From contig DATEUP010000275.1 in the NCBI GenBank assembly GCA_035283065.1, forward strand, positions 1-58,852: DNA of 58,852 nt, read 5' to 3'. Below the pieces are notes generated by a model. The model had not been told where the DNA came from, ran no database searches, and saw only the letters and a program-made list of their open reading frames with translations. This document shows, piece by piece, positions 34,881-44,200 of the stretch (positions are counted from its first letter, which is position 1; every line of letters begins with the position of its first letter). The translations under genes and the position numbers were made by a program. Source of the stretch: Thermoplasmatota archaeon. GTDB lineage: Archaea; Thermoplasmatota; DTKX01; DATEUP01.

Positions 34881-35165
34881 ATGGACCGCATGCAAGGGTT
34901 TTGGTGTTTTCGCGGCGCAACCGCTTGGCGGCTAAGGCGTTGCTGGTACGCCATCGTACCTCTGGCGTTTTTCGCACTGATGGCCGCCTGCTCCGGTCTC
35001 CAGCTTGAACGAGCCGGCGATGCGGCGGGCACGGCCGCCGAGGTGGCAGGAACCGCCGGGGCCGTTACAGGAAACCCCCTCTTCCTGGGCGCCGCAATCG
35101 CTTTGGGGGCGATCAGCGCGGGCCTGACGGGGGTTGGTCGCCTCATGCGCTCGAGGGGGAAGTAG
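34881..35165 (+). CDS. putative lipoprotein (94 aa)
   Basis: Basic n-region RLRR, hydrophobic core, lipobox-like ALMAAC, C-terminal hydrophobic segment. Confidence 0.5.
   Translation: MDRMQGFWCFRGATAWRLRRCWYAIVPLAFFALMAACSGLQLERAGDAAGTAAEVAGTAGAVTGNPLFLGAAIALGAISAGLTGVGRLMRSRGK
34945..34960. promoter_or_regulatory. operator-like palindrome GGTACGCCATCGTACC
   Basis: Perfect GGTACG-N4-CGTACC. Lies inside the 5' part of the lipoprotein ORF. Confidence 0.55.
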
Positions 35166-35512
35166 TGGACGTCCCGCAGGAAGTCCTCGCCGACCACTCC
35201 CTCGGGGTCCACACCAGCGCCGCGTTCGTGGTCATCTTCCTGGTGATGGGGATAAAGAAGATGATCCCCGAGTCGTGGAACCGCGCGCTGCCCCTGTTCG
35301 TGGTGATGATCTCGTTCGCCTACGCCTTCCTGTTCCACTACTTCAACAAGACGCAGGAGTTGGTGAACCCGATGCTCCTGGGATCGCAGATCGCCGCCGC
35401 CGCCATCTCCATCTTCTCCGGTGCCAAGACCGTCTTTGCGATGAGGTCGGATCAGAAACCCGCGGCCGCGGAACCGCCGGCTCCCCCGCCGCTTCCGCCC
35501 CCGCCTGCTTAG
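35165..35512 (+). CDS. three-TM small membrane protein (holin-like)
   Basis: The GTG shares a nt with the upstream TAG. Hydrophobic segments AAFVVIFLVMGI, LPLFVVMISFAYAFLF and GSQIAAAAISIF. Confidence 0.5.
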   Translation: MDVPQEVLADHSLGVHTSAAFVVIFLVMGIKKMIPESWNRALPLFVVMISFAYAFLFHYFNKTQELVNPMLLGSQIAAAAISIFSGAKTVFAMRSDQKPAAAEPPAPPPLPPPPA

Positions 35513-35522
35513 GAGGCACGCC

Positions 35523-35675
35523 ATGGCAAGCGCCGAGGAAGTCTTCGCCCGCCAGAACGAGATCAATCGCGACAGCCGCACGTTCACGTCGGTGCGCCCG
35601 GACGGCCCGGACCAGCGGCGCTCGGAGCGCCGGCCCAACCCAGCGGCGCCCGGCCCGGTGACGCCGACGTCCTAG
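35523..35675 (+). CDS. small protein (50 aa, below track cutoff) ending ...RRPNPAAPGPVTPTS
   Basis: AGGAGG SD 6 nt upstream. Hand-translated as MASAEEVFARQNEINRDSRTFTSVRPDGPDQRRSERRPNPAAPGPVTPTS. Confidence 0.55.
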   Translation: MASAEEVFARQNEINRDSRTFTSVRPDGPDQRRSERRPNPAAPGPVTPTS

Positions 35676-35699
35676 CTGGCGACGCGAGAGGATACGCTT

Positions 35700-36509
35700 T
35701 TGGGCATCGGAGACAGAACCGAGTTGATCTTCCTTCGCCTTGCGTTCGCGCAGGACGGAACCGGCATCGACCCGCGCCAGCTCCCGCCCAAGCAAGCCTT
35801 CGGCGAGAAACCGAAGGGGAGGGACCGACCGTTCAAGGTGTACGAGGATACGTTCACCGCGCAGGCGAAGAAACTCGCCGATGAACTGTCCATGGAGAAG
35901 GACCAGAAAGCGCGCACGCGCAACAACGGGTTTCGTATGCGCTCGCTGGTTCGCAAGATCGACGACGCCACGGCAGAGGTCAACTCCCTCGCCGCCTCGG
36001 GGCCGGTGCCCCCGGCCAAGGTGGCCCAGATGTGGATGGCCCTCAACCTCTTCGCCCGCACCATCGGCAATCCGAAGACGGGAGGGGGCGGGGCGATCGA
36101 CGTCAACGCCTCGGACTTTGCGTCCGCGACCAGTTCCTATGACGCGGCGGTGCGCGCCCTCAACGCCGGCTTCAAGTCCCTCGGCACGGACCAGAAGACG
36201 CGCGTGGAGACGTTTAGTCTTGCGTTGGTCCGCGAGTTCGAGACAATAGCCACGGAGGTCTTGGACAGAGAAGTCGTGCGAACCATCGAAGAACAGATCG
36301 AGGTGCTGACCGACGAGGTCAAGGCCCGCCCGCGTCCCGTTCGCGCGCCGCGCGAGGAACGGCGGACGGGTCCGGTTGTGCCCCCGCCGTCTCCCCTGCC
36401 CGACGAACCAGTGCCCCTACCCGAGACGCCGCCTCCTCCCGAAGAGGAGCCGCCGCCCATCCCGCCGCCCCCCATCCCCCAACTGGAGCCCGCGCCGGCG
36501 GCACGCTGA
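35700..36509 (+). CDS. hypothetical protein (269 aa), Pro-rich C-terminus ending ...EPAPAAR
   Basis: TTG start per the track. Weak match to the tail motif. Confidence 0.55.
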   Translation: MGIGDRTELIFLRLAFAQDGTGIDPRQLPPKQAFGEKPKGRDRPFKVYEDTFTAQAKKLADELSMEKDQKARTRNNGFRMRSLVRKIDDATAEVNSLAASGPVPPAKVAQMWMALNLFARTIGNPKTGGGGAIDVNASDFASATSSYDAAVRALNAGFKSLGTDQKTRVETFSLALVREFETIATEVLDREVVRTIEEQIEVLTDEVKARPRPVRAPREERRTGPVVPPPSPLPDEPVPLPETPPPPEEEPPPIPPPPIPQLEPAPAAR

Positions 36510-37222
36510 TGGCCAACCGCGTCAACCCCTTCACCGGCGAGGCCGTCGCCCTCGACGTCGAAGACCTGGTCCGCATCGGGCCGCAGGACAGTTCCAGGAG
36601 CAACCGCCAACCCACGCAGCAGGACTACGACTTCCGCGACCAGCTCCGGGCGCGCGTGCGTCGGTGGGACGAAATGCGGGCCGAACTGCGCGGCATTGTC
36701 GACACCTACCGCTTCCTCATCGACAAACTCCCCGTCCAACGCGACAGCCTGCTCCAGCTTTTCAACGAGCAGTTCGCCGCGGCCGTGAAGGCCGGCACCT
36801 CCGACCCCAACGTCGGCCTCGTCGAACGCCCGGACGCCACGTTCGGTCTCGAGACGCCGTCCATCAAGGCGGCGATGGCCGCCGAGGTCGGGCGCGTCCG
36901 CAAGGAGAAGGGGATCAACATCACCGAGTCGAGCGTGTTCATGCGCGGCGACTTCCGGCGCCTCTCCGAGGTCCAGAGGCTCGTGATCGAAGACGCCGGC
37001 TTCATGATCGGGGCGTACAGGGACGCGGTGCTTCTCGAAGACCGTACCCGCGGCGCCGAACGCCTCGACGAGGCCGACCGAATCGGCCGGCGCATCGTAG
37101 ACGACATCGACAGCGTGACGGGTGGTCTGTGGTCGAAGACCATCAAGGAACTGCCCGGGCCCGAGGCCGAGAAGGGGGTCAAGCCCGTCGAGAAAGAGCA
37201 GAGGGCGGCGCCGAGGCCATGA
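36509..37222 (+). CDS. tail-motif protein (237 aa) ending ...EQRAAPRP
   Basis: The ATG shares a nt with the upstream TGA. Confidence 0.7.
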   Translation: MANRVNPFTGEAVALDVEDLVRIGPQDSSRSNRQPTQQDYDFRDQLRARVRRWDEMRAELRGIVDTYRFLIDKLPVQRDSLLQLFNEQFAAAVKAGTSDPNVGLVERPDATFGLETPSIKAAMAAEVGRVRKEKGINITESSVFMRGDFRRLSEVQRLVIEDAGFMIGAYRDAVLLEDRTRGAERLDEADRIGRRIVDDIDSVTGGLWSKTIKELPGPEAEKGVKPVEKEQRAAPRP

Positions 37223-40200
37223 CGAACTTCGCACGAGGAGAACTGCCCCCGGGGCCGGCCCTCCCCCCCGAGTTCCGCGCCGGGCCGTCGACGACCCTAG
37301 GGACGCTGTCTCGGGAATTCCCCACCCTCGACGGCGAGGACATCGCCAGACTCCTCACCGTAGGCTTCCCAGAGGACGCGATCTCGCGCGGAGTCCACGA
37401 GGCCATTCGCAAGCGCCTCATCGACCAGACGACCGGCCTTATCGTCGGGATGCCCGGGGGCGGGCCGCCGCTCATCTCCACCCCCATCGAAGTGGACTTC
37501 TCCCGGTTCCTGGGCCAGCTTCGGGCCTCCGACGCCTACTACCGCCGCCCGGACGTGGTCGCCCGGATGCAGGGCGTGCTCGGGGTCAACCTCGGCGGCC
37601 AGGGCAACCGCGAGAAGCGCATCGGGGAGGCGCTGAACAGCCTGCTCTTGATCCTCCCGGACCTCCAGGAAGCGGTGAACGACGTCTGGGAGTTGACGTC
37701 CATCACGGGCGAACCCGCCAACCTCGACGACCAGCCGATCAATGTAGACGACGAAACGTGGGACAACGCCGTCCGCCACTTCGACCCCGACGAGGGCTTC
37801 TATTCGCGGCTCTTCGACATCATCGAGCCGCTGGTCGAAGAGGTCGCGCAGCACCCGCTGGCGACGTGGATGAGGTGGGGGATCGAGAATATCTTCTCGG
37901 CCATCGTGCGCCTCGCGGCGGTGTACGGCTCCGAGGTGACCCTCGAGCAGCGTTTCCCCGGCTTTACCGAGGCCAACCTCGACCCGCTGGTCGGCGATCT
38001 CTACGAGTACATCCGGTCGGAGGCGCAGCAGATCAAGGATCTGCCGGCCGCCAACGCCGAGCACCCGACCATGTTCATGACGATGGCGGCGTGGCCCTTC
38101 CCGCCGTGGTCGGCGTTTTCCTTCGTGGAGAACCAGGACATCCTTTCGGCCAAGAGCCTCCCCGAGATTCACCGGCGGATCATGATGGGCTCGGGCCTCG
38201 TGGATTCCCTCTTCGCCCTCATCGACGGCGGCAACGTCCCGGTGCGTCCGGGCCCGGGCGGACGCCCGAGGTTCCGCCCCCGGGAACTCTCGCCCGAACG
38301 GCAGGCCCGGATGCTACGGATGGTCGAGCAGATCATGCGCGCCATCGTCGACCCGCGCATGCCCCTGCGCGAGCTCCACAAGACTGTGCCTTTGGCCGTG
38401 TCGAGCAGTAACGCCCGCTTCTTGAACATCCTCGCCGAGGCAGGCAAGGACGGCCCGAGGGCGACCGAGCGGTTCTTCGAGCAGCTTTCCTTTTCGGCCG
38501 AGACGCGAGCGGCGAGCATCGCCAACATCCGCACGTCGGTGATCCGGTTCATCGAGTCGAGCTTCGCCTTCCCCAAGGGCAACGTCCTCCGACAGGTCAT
38601 CGTCGCCACGATCAAGCGCCTCAACGCCCAACTCGGCTCGCGCCTGAAGCTGACGCAGTCGATCCCCACCATCCCAGAGTTCCCGCCAGCGCAGGAGACG
38701 GTCGAATCGACCCTCGACGTGATCGCCTCCATGCGCGAGGGAGCCGGCGTTTCCGACCCGCTCGGGTCCGTGCCGCAGGGGATCAACAACGCCACCACGC
38801 GCGCCCTGTTCGCGCGGATCCAGCGCCTCGAACAGGCCATCGAGGCCGAGGCGACCAAGGGGCCGGGGGAACCCCTCAGCATCCCTCGGGTCGACCTCGT
38901 AACGGATGAAATCCTCCGCGCAGTGTTCCCGGCGGGGTCCAAGACATCCCTCATCAGCGACCGGGACCTGATCCAGGTGGTCGACCGCCTCTCGAAAGTC
39001 CGAATCCCCCTCGAGACGTACAGCAGCGCCTGGCGCAACTCCATCGTGAACCTCAATCTCCGCAGATTCGCCCTCGGCGGCAGGCAGCCCGCCGCCACCA
39101 TCAAGCGGTTCGAGAAGGAAGCCGTCGCCGACCGGGTCAACAAGGGCGCCAACAAGGTCGCCGAACGCGAGGCGACGGAGGTCGCGGAGACGAGCACGCC
39201 GGCGGCGGCCGCCGAGTCGACCCAGATCCGCGAGGAACTCCAGGGCACGCCCCCCAAGTCCGAGGCCAGGTCGCGGCTGGAGAACGCCCTCAAAATCCTC
39301 CGGCGCAACTCCCGCGGCCGGTCGCCCACGGCGTTCTCGGGCGCGGACATGATCTTCGTCTCGGCCGCCATCGCGTCCTTCGCGGTCGACAACCTGACCG
39401 AGGAGGAGTTCAACGCCATGCTCGCGGCGGATCTTCCCCAGGCGCTGGAGCCGGGCGAAGAGGTTATCACGCCCATCACCGTGTCGCCGGAGCTTACGCC
39501 GGCGAATCGAATCGGCCCTATCATCGAAAGGCTTCGGGCGAAGGGCGGCTTCGAGAAGGAGTCGTCAATCAAGGCGAGGCTGATCCTCGGCAACATCCAA
39601 AGCGCCATCATCGATCCGGCTACGGGATCTCGCGCGCCCCGCCAAAACCTAGAGCGCTTCCGGGCCGCGATCCAAGCGACCTTTGAATTGGCGAATCCCC
39701 GCGCCAGTCTGGTCGAGGGCAAACTGTCCGAGCGAGATTTTGCGACAACACTCCGCGCCGCCCTCGGCTTCGCCGGGCGGGCTCGGATCGGAAGCGACGC
39801 AGTCCGCCGCATCCTCGAGGCCGAGACCCGGCGCGTCCTCGAAGAGCCGGTCGAGACCCCGCAGGTCAACGAGCCGCGCGCGGACGTCGTCAAGCAGGAG
39901 TCGGCCCGCGTCGAAGAGCAGATGGCCGAGGGCGGCGGGAGTCCGCGCGATGAGGGGCGCTTCCGAACCGAGCAGCGGTCGCGGTCGAAGAACCCCGAAA
40001 CCTACCTCGGCTCGAAGATGCTCGGCGAGTCGTCGCCCTACATCGCCAAACTGTCAGAAACCCTCGGCGCCGTGTTCCGCCGGTCCTCGAGCGAGCGCGA
40101 GCAGACGGAGGTGAGACTTGCGAAGGCGAGCGCGATCAAGGCGTCCCTCGAGGCGGAAATCATCAACCGGCAAATCGACGTGGATGCCGCCCGGCAAGCC

Positions 40201-41259
40201 AAAGATGCCGCCCGACAAGCCGGCGATGCCGTCCGCGAAGACGTTCAGGCACGCAGGGAGCGGGCGAACCAGCGCGCACTCGACAAGGCGCGCGATCTTC
40301 TGACCATCTCCAACCGGGACATCCGGGAGGCAGAGCAGAGGCTCGTCTTCGTGCAAGCCTTCGAGAAGCTGCCGCTCGTGGCCCGACTTGCCGTGCGAGC
40401 CGGCAACCTCGTCACCCTCAAGGCCATCCGGCTTTTCTTCACCGCTCAGATCCGCGCCTTCCGCGAGGCCACCTCGACGCAGGAGCGCGCCTTTCCCGCG
40501 TTCGCCATGCAGCAGGGCACCGAGTACTTCTTCGGGTGGGGCATCGGCTTCATGATCGCGTTCTTCAACTTCCCCGCCGTCGTGTTCAAGGGCTTGATCC
40601 TCGGCACGAGCATCGGAAAGCGCAGGGAGATCGAGGACCTGATCAAGGCCGGCGACATCGAGGCCGCGCAGAAGGAACTGGCGGAAATGAAGGATCGCGC
40701 CGCTTCGTTCCGCGCGTTCAACGAGAGCGCGCTAGGGACCGTCGTTCGTATCCCGAGCCTTTCCTTGTTCGGCCTGCTGATCGACGCGGGAATCGAGGAC
40801 ATCGAGAGCTTCGTCCAAAACGCCGAAGGGACGCTGATCCCGAACCAGTTGGCCTTCAAGGCCCGCCGCCTCGCCGATCAGGTGAGGCAGGTCGACTTCC
40901 GGTTGCGGGACCTCGAGCTCGACAAGCCGGTCGAAATCCGGTCCATCCTCCGCGATCTTCGCGCCGCCTCCGATGGCGTCAAGGAGGACGGGCGCGTCAT
41001 CATCGCGCCGGTTCTGCGGGTGACCCCGGAGGATCGCCGCGCCATCGACGATGGGACCATCACGGTTCGTCGCGCCATCGAACTTCTCGGAGAAGAGGAC
41101 CTGATCCGGTCCCTTCAGGTGCCGGTGCCCGAGGAAGCACCTCGGCCGCCCGAAGAGATCCCGGTGCCGCCAACGCCCGAGGAGCAAAGCCGTCTGGAGC
41201 GGCAGGCTATTGAGGAGCCGGAGTTGTTCTTCCTAAGAAGAAGGGCGGCGAGGGGATGA
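37219..41259 (+). CDS. giant tail-motif protein (1346 aa) ending ...LRRRAARG
   Basis: ATGA overlap. Begins MTNFARGELPPGPALPPEF. No recognisable domain. Confidence 0.75.
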   Translation: MTNFARGELPPGPALPPEFRAGPSTTLGTLSREFPTLDGEDIARLLTVGFPEDAISRGVHEAIRKRLIDQTTGLIVGMPGGGPPLISTPIEVDFSRFLGQLRASDAYYRRPDVVARMQGVLGVNLGGQGNREKRIGEALNSLLLILPDLQEAVNDVWELTSITGEPANLDDQPINVDDETWDNAVRHFDPDEGFYSRLFDIIEPLVEEVAQHPLATWMRWGIENIFSAIVRLAAVYGSEVTLEQRFPGFTEANLDPLVGDLYEYIRSEAQQIKDLPAANAEHPTMFMTMAAWPFPPWSAFSFVENQDILSAKSLPEIHRRIMMGSGLVDSLFALIDGGNVPVRPGPGGRPRFRPRELSPERQARMLRMVEQIMRAIVDPRMPLRELHKTVPLAVSSSNARFLNILAEAGKDGPRATERFFEQLSFSAETRAASIANIRTSVIRFIESSFAFPKGNVLRQVIVATIKRLNAQLGSRLKLTQSIPTIPEFPPAQETVESTLDVIASMREGAGVSDPLGSVPQGINNATTRALFARIQRLEQAIEAEATKGPGEPLSIPRVDLVTDEILRAVFPAGSKTSLISDRDLIQVVDRLSKVRIPLETYSSAWRNSIVNLNLRRFALGGRQPAATIKRFEKEAVADRVNKGANKVAEREATEVAETSTPAAAAESTQIREELQGTPPKSEARSRLENALKILRRNSRGRSPTAFSGADMIFVSAAIASFAVDNLTEEEFNAMLAADLPQALEPGEEVITPITVSPELTPANRIGPIIERLRAKGGFEKESSIKARLILGNIQSAIIDPATGSRAPRQNLERFRAAIQATFELANPRASLVEGKLSERDFATTLRAALGFAGRARIGSDAVRRILEAETRRVLEEPVETPQVNEPRADVVKQESARVEEQMAEGGGSPRDEGRFRTEQRSRSKNPETYLGSKMLGESSPYIAKLSETLGAVFRRSSSEREQTEVRLAKASAIKASLEAEIINRQIDVDAARQAKDAARQAGDAVREDVQARRERANQRALDKARDLLTISNRDIREAEQRLVFVQAFEKLPLVARLAVRAGNLVTLKAIRLFFTAQIRAFREATSTQERAFPAFAMQQGTEYFFGWGIGFMIAFFNFPAVVFKGLILGTSIGKRREIEDLIKAGDIEAAQKELAEMKDRAASFRAFNESALGTVVRIPSLSLFGLLIDAGIEDIESFVQNAEGTLIPNQLAFKARRLADQVRQVDFRLRDLELDKPVEIRSILRDLRAASDGVKEDGRVIIAPVLRVTPEDRRAIDDGTITVRRAIELLGEEDLIRSLQVPVPEEAPRPPEEIPVPPTPEEQSRLERQAIEEPELFFLRRRAARG

Positions 41260-44200
41260 GCGCAGGACGCCACCTGCCGTTCTTCTTCGTGCCGGGTCCG
41301 GGCGGCGACGGGGCCGCCACCGCCGGCCTGTTCGTCAAGATCGACGAGGGGCGCTTCGCCGAGATCACCCCCGAGGACCTTGAGGCCGCCTTCGGCGAGG
41401 GGTTCGACGACCTCGAAGCCATCGAGATCCGGGACGCCGTCGTGGCGCTCTCGCTTCAGAACGCTTTCAAACTTCCGCCGACGCCGGGGATCACCGCGCG
41501 TCCCCTCGACGCGACCACGTTCGCCGACATCAAGCTGATCATCGAACGCCGGCAGTTCGCCCGCGACCGCGGAGACGAGGCCCTCAACTCCTCATGGTCT
41601 TTCGAGTTGGCCCGCGTGCTTCAGGCAACATTCCTTGCGCGCGTCGGGCCGGCCGGCGGCCTCGCCCGGGGCATCGGCATCACGGGTGCAGCGTTCCCTC
41701 TCGCGCGTCCCGACGTTGAGGACGTCACGCTCGATGACATCCGCGCCCTCAACGACGTGGAAAAGGCCCGGTTCGACGAGCATCTCAAGGGCATGGACGC
41801 CTATATGGCCCGCGTCAACGAGGCGCTGGCGGCGTCGATGAAGGTGAAGATCACCGAGCAGGCGCCCGTGTTCGAGCAGATCATGAAGGCCATCGACGAA
41901 CTGGCGGGGCCGGCCACCGAGGAACTGATCGAGGTAGCGCCCACCATCGCCCTGGTTCGGTTCCTCTCGGGAGGCGTCGACCCGGACCCGGACGGCCCCA
42001 GGCCCGAGAACATCGAAGACTACATCTGGGATCAGTACCGGGCGCTCTTCGCCTCGGATGGTCTCTTCACCCGGCTGGCACTCGTCAAGGACAGGATCGT
42101 GACCCTGCTGCCGCGGCACACGGGCCGCACGAAAATCTTCAACCTGCTTCAGGGGGACCTTCCGGTAGAGACCGAGCGCGAGGTCGGAGACGCCGAGGTC
42201 CAAAACGAGCCGGCGACCGAGGGCGGCGCTGGCCTCCTGCCCCTCATCGAGTACGCCGAGGTGCTCGGCGAACTTCTTCCTCAGATGCAGACGGTCGAGG
42301 ATCGCCTGGCCGTCATCGACGCCCTAAACGCCATCCGGGGGGAGATCGCCGCGACGGTCAAGAAGATCCGGGCCGTGCCCGGCGAGCTGTCGGCGAACCC
42401 GCCGAAACTGGCGACGTGGTCGCGGTTCATCCGGCGTTTCTCGGACTTCGCGCCCGAGGTCCAGCATCAGGCGTTCCTCATCATGGCCACGCGCGGCAGG
42501 CTCGAGGAGCAGGAAAACACCGAGACGGCGCTGCTTATCGAGGAGGGGTTCATCGTATTCCTGTCCGTTATCGCGGCCATCGCGGTCCTGCGGGGGGTTA
42601 AGACGGCGGGCACCAAGCCCCTCGGCCCGCGCGCGAGACTCAACCCGACCGTCAACCCCGTGGGCCAGCCGATTCTTTCGCGCCAGATGATCACGCGTGC
42701 GCAGCAGTTTACGTCGGCCGTCGAACGAACCGCCCGCGGCGCCTCCAAGATCAATCCCCCGGTCAACGACATGGAGACGAAGTTGTCGGTGTTTACCGAG
42801 CTTCGCAACGTCGCGCTTCGCGGAAACACGCGCCAGCTTTTCGAGGCGGCCGTCCAGGCGAGGGCGCAAAACCTCATCGACACCGGCGGGATCACCGCCC
42901 GGGGCGGGAAAGTGGTCAGGGCTTCGGGGATCGGCAAGATCACCCTCGATTGGGCCGCGAGGCTCATGCAAGCAGGAACAGCGAAGCGGGCGGTTGAAAC
43001 GATTCTTCTGGACCTCCGAAGCACCATCGTCACCGCCAACTCGATCGCCGAGTTCTCCGCGCTCCAGGGCAAGCCCCTGCCCCCGCGCAACCTCGCGGAG
43101 GCAGACGCGTTCACGCGCCAGATCCGAAGAACGATCCGGCAGGCGACGGGCGACCCGGATACGGCCCGCTTCAATCTGCAGAGCGTGGTTGAGTCGGCGG
43201 TACGGGAGGCGATCCTTCTGCCTGAGCAGCCGATCATCTCGAAGCAGGCACTGGCCAGGATCCTGTCGGCGGTTCGGGCGTCGGCGCGTCTGGCCGGCCT
43301 CACCGAGAGTCAGATCAACGGCCTCTTCGGCGAGGCGTTCCGCAACCTCGGGGTGATCAGGGTCTTCGAGCGGCCCCTCCCGGAAGTCCCGGAGATCGGG
43401 CCGATCGAAGTCGATATACCGATCAAGCCCTTGTTCTTCACCGCCCACGCCGTCCCGCCGCCGCTTTCGGACGCGATTCCGATGTCGCCCAACGTGCTCC
43501 CCGACCCGGTCTTCGTCCTCGACCTTTCGGCCGGGGTTTCCGGCGCCGCGGCCGCCGGCGGCAACCCCCTCCCGTCAAAAGACACCCCCGAGGGGGCCGC
43601 GCTGGCGCGGGGCGTGGAGGCGGTTTCGGCTACCAGGCCCACAGGGGCCGACACGGCCGCGATCACCTTCCGGCAGGTACTTGGCGCCCCGGTTTCGGCC
43701 GCTCTTCGCGGCCTGCTTTCCCCCGCAAGCCTGTTGGCGGCCCTCGAGGAAGCCATGGCCTACGGGGCCTTCCACCTGGCCCCGGCCGCGGTTCGGGGGG
43801 TGGTCGTCGAGCTCGTCGAAGCATTCAACTTGGGACCGTTCCTTGGAACGCCGCCGGTCCCCCCCGAGGTCGTCCTGCCCGTGGAAGACCTGGCCGACCG
43901 CTTCGTCGCCTCCCCGGACGGCCGGCACGAGGAGGTCGGACTCGCATGGGCGCAGGTCGTAGCGCGGGTCTTCCGCTTGTTCGAGACCCCCAACGACCCG
44001 GTGAACTTCCGGGCCCTCATCGGCGCGGCCAACCAGGGCGACCTTCTGGTCGCGGTCGGCGCCGGCGGGAACCTCCTCGGCAAGTCCCTCAAGGTCTTCA
44101 AGGGGATCGTCGGGATGGCCTCGCGGATGATGATCCGCCGCTACCTCAAGGGCGCCCCCCTCGGCAACCCCGACCCCGTCGCATGGCACTTCGTCTTGCA

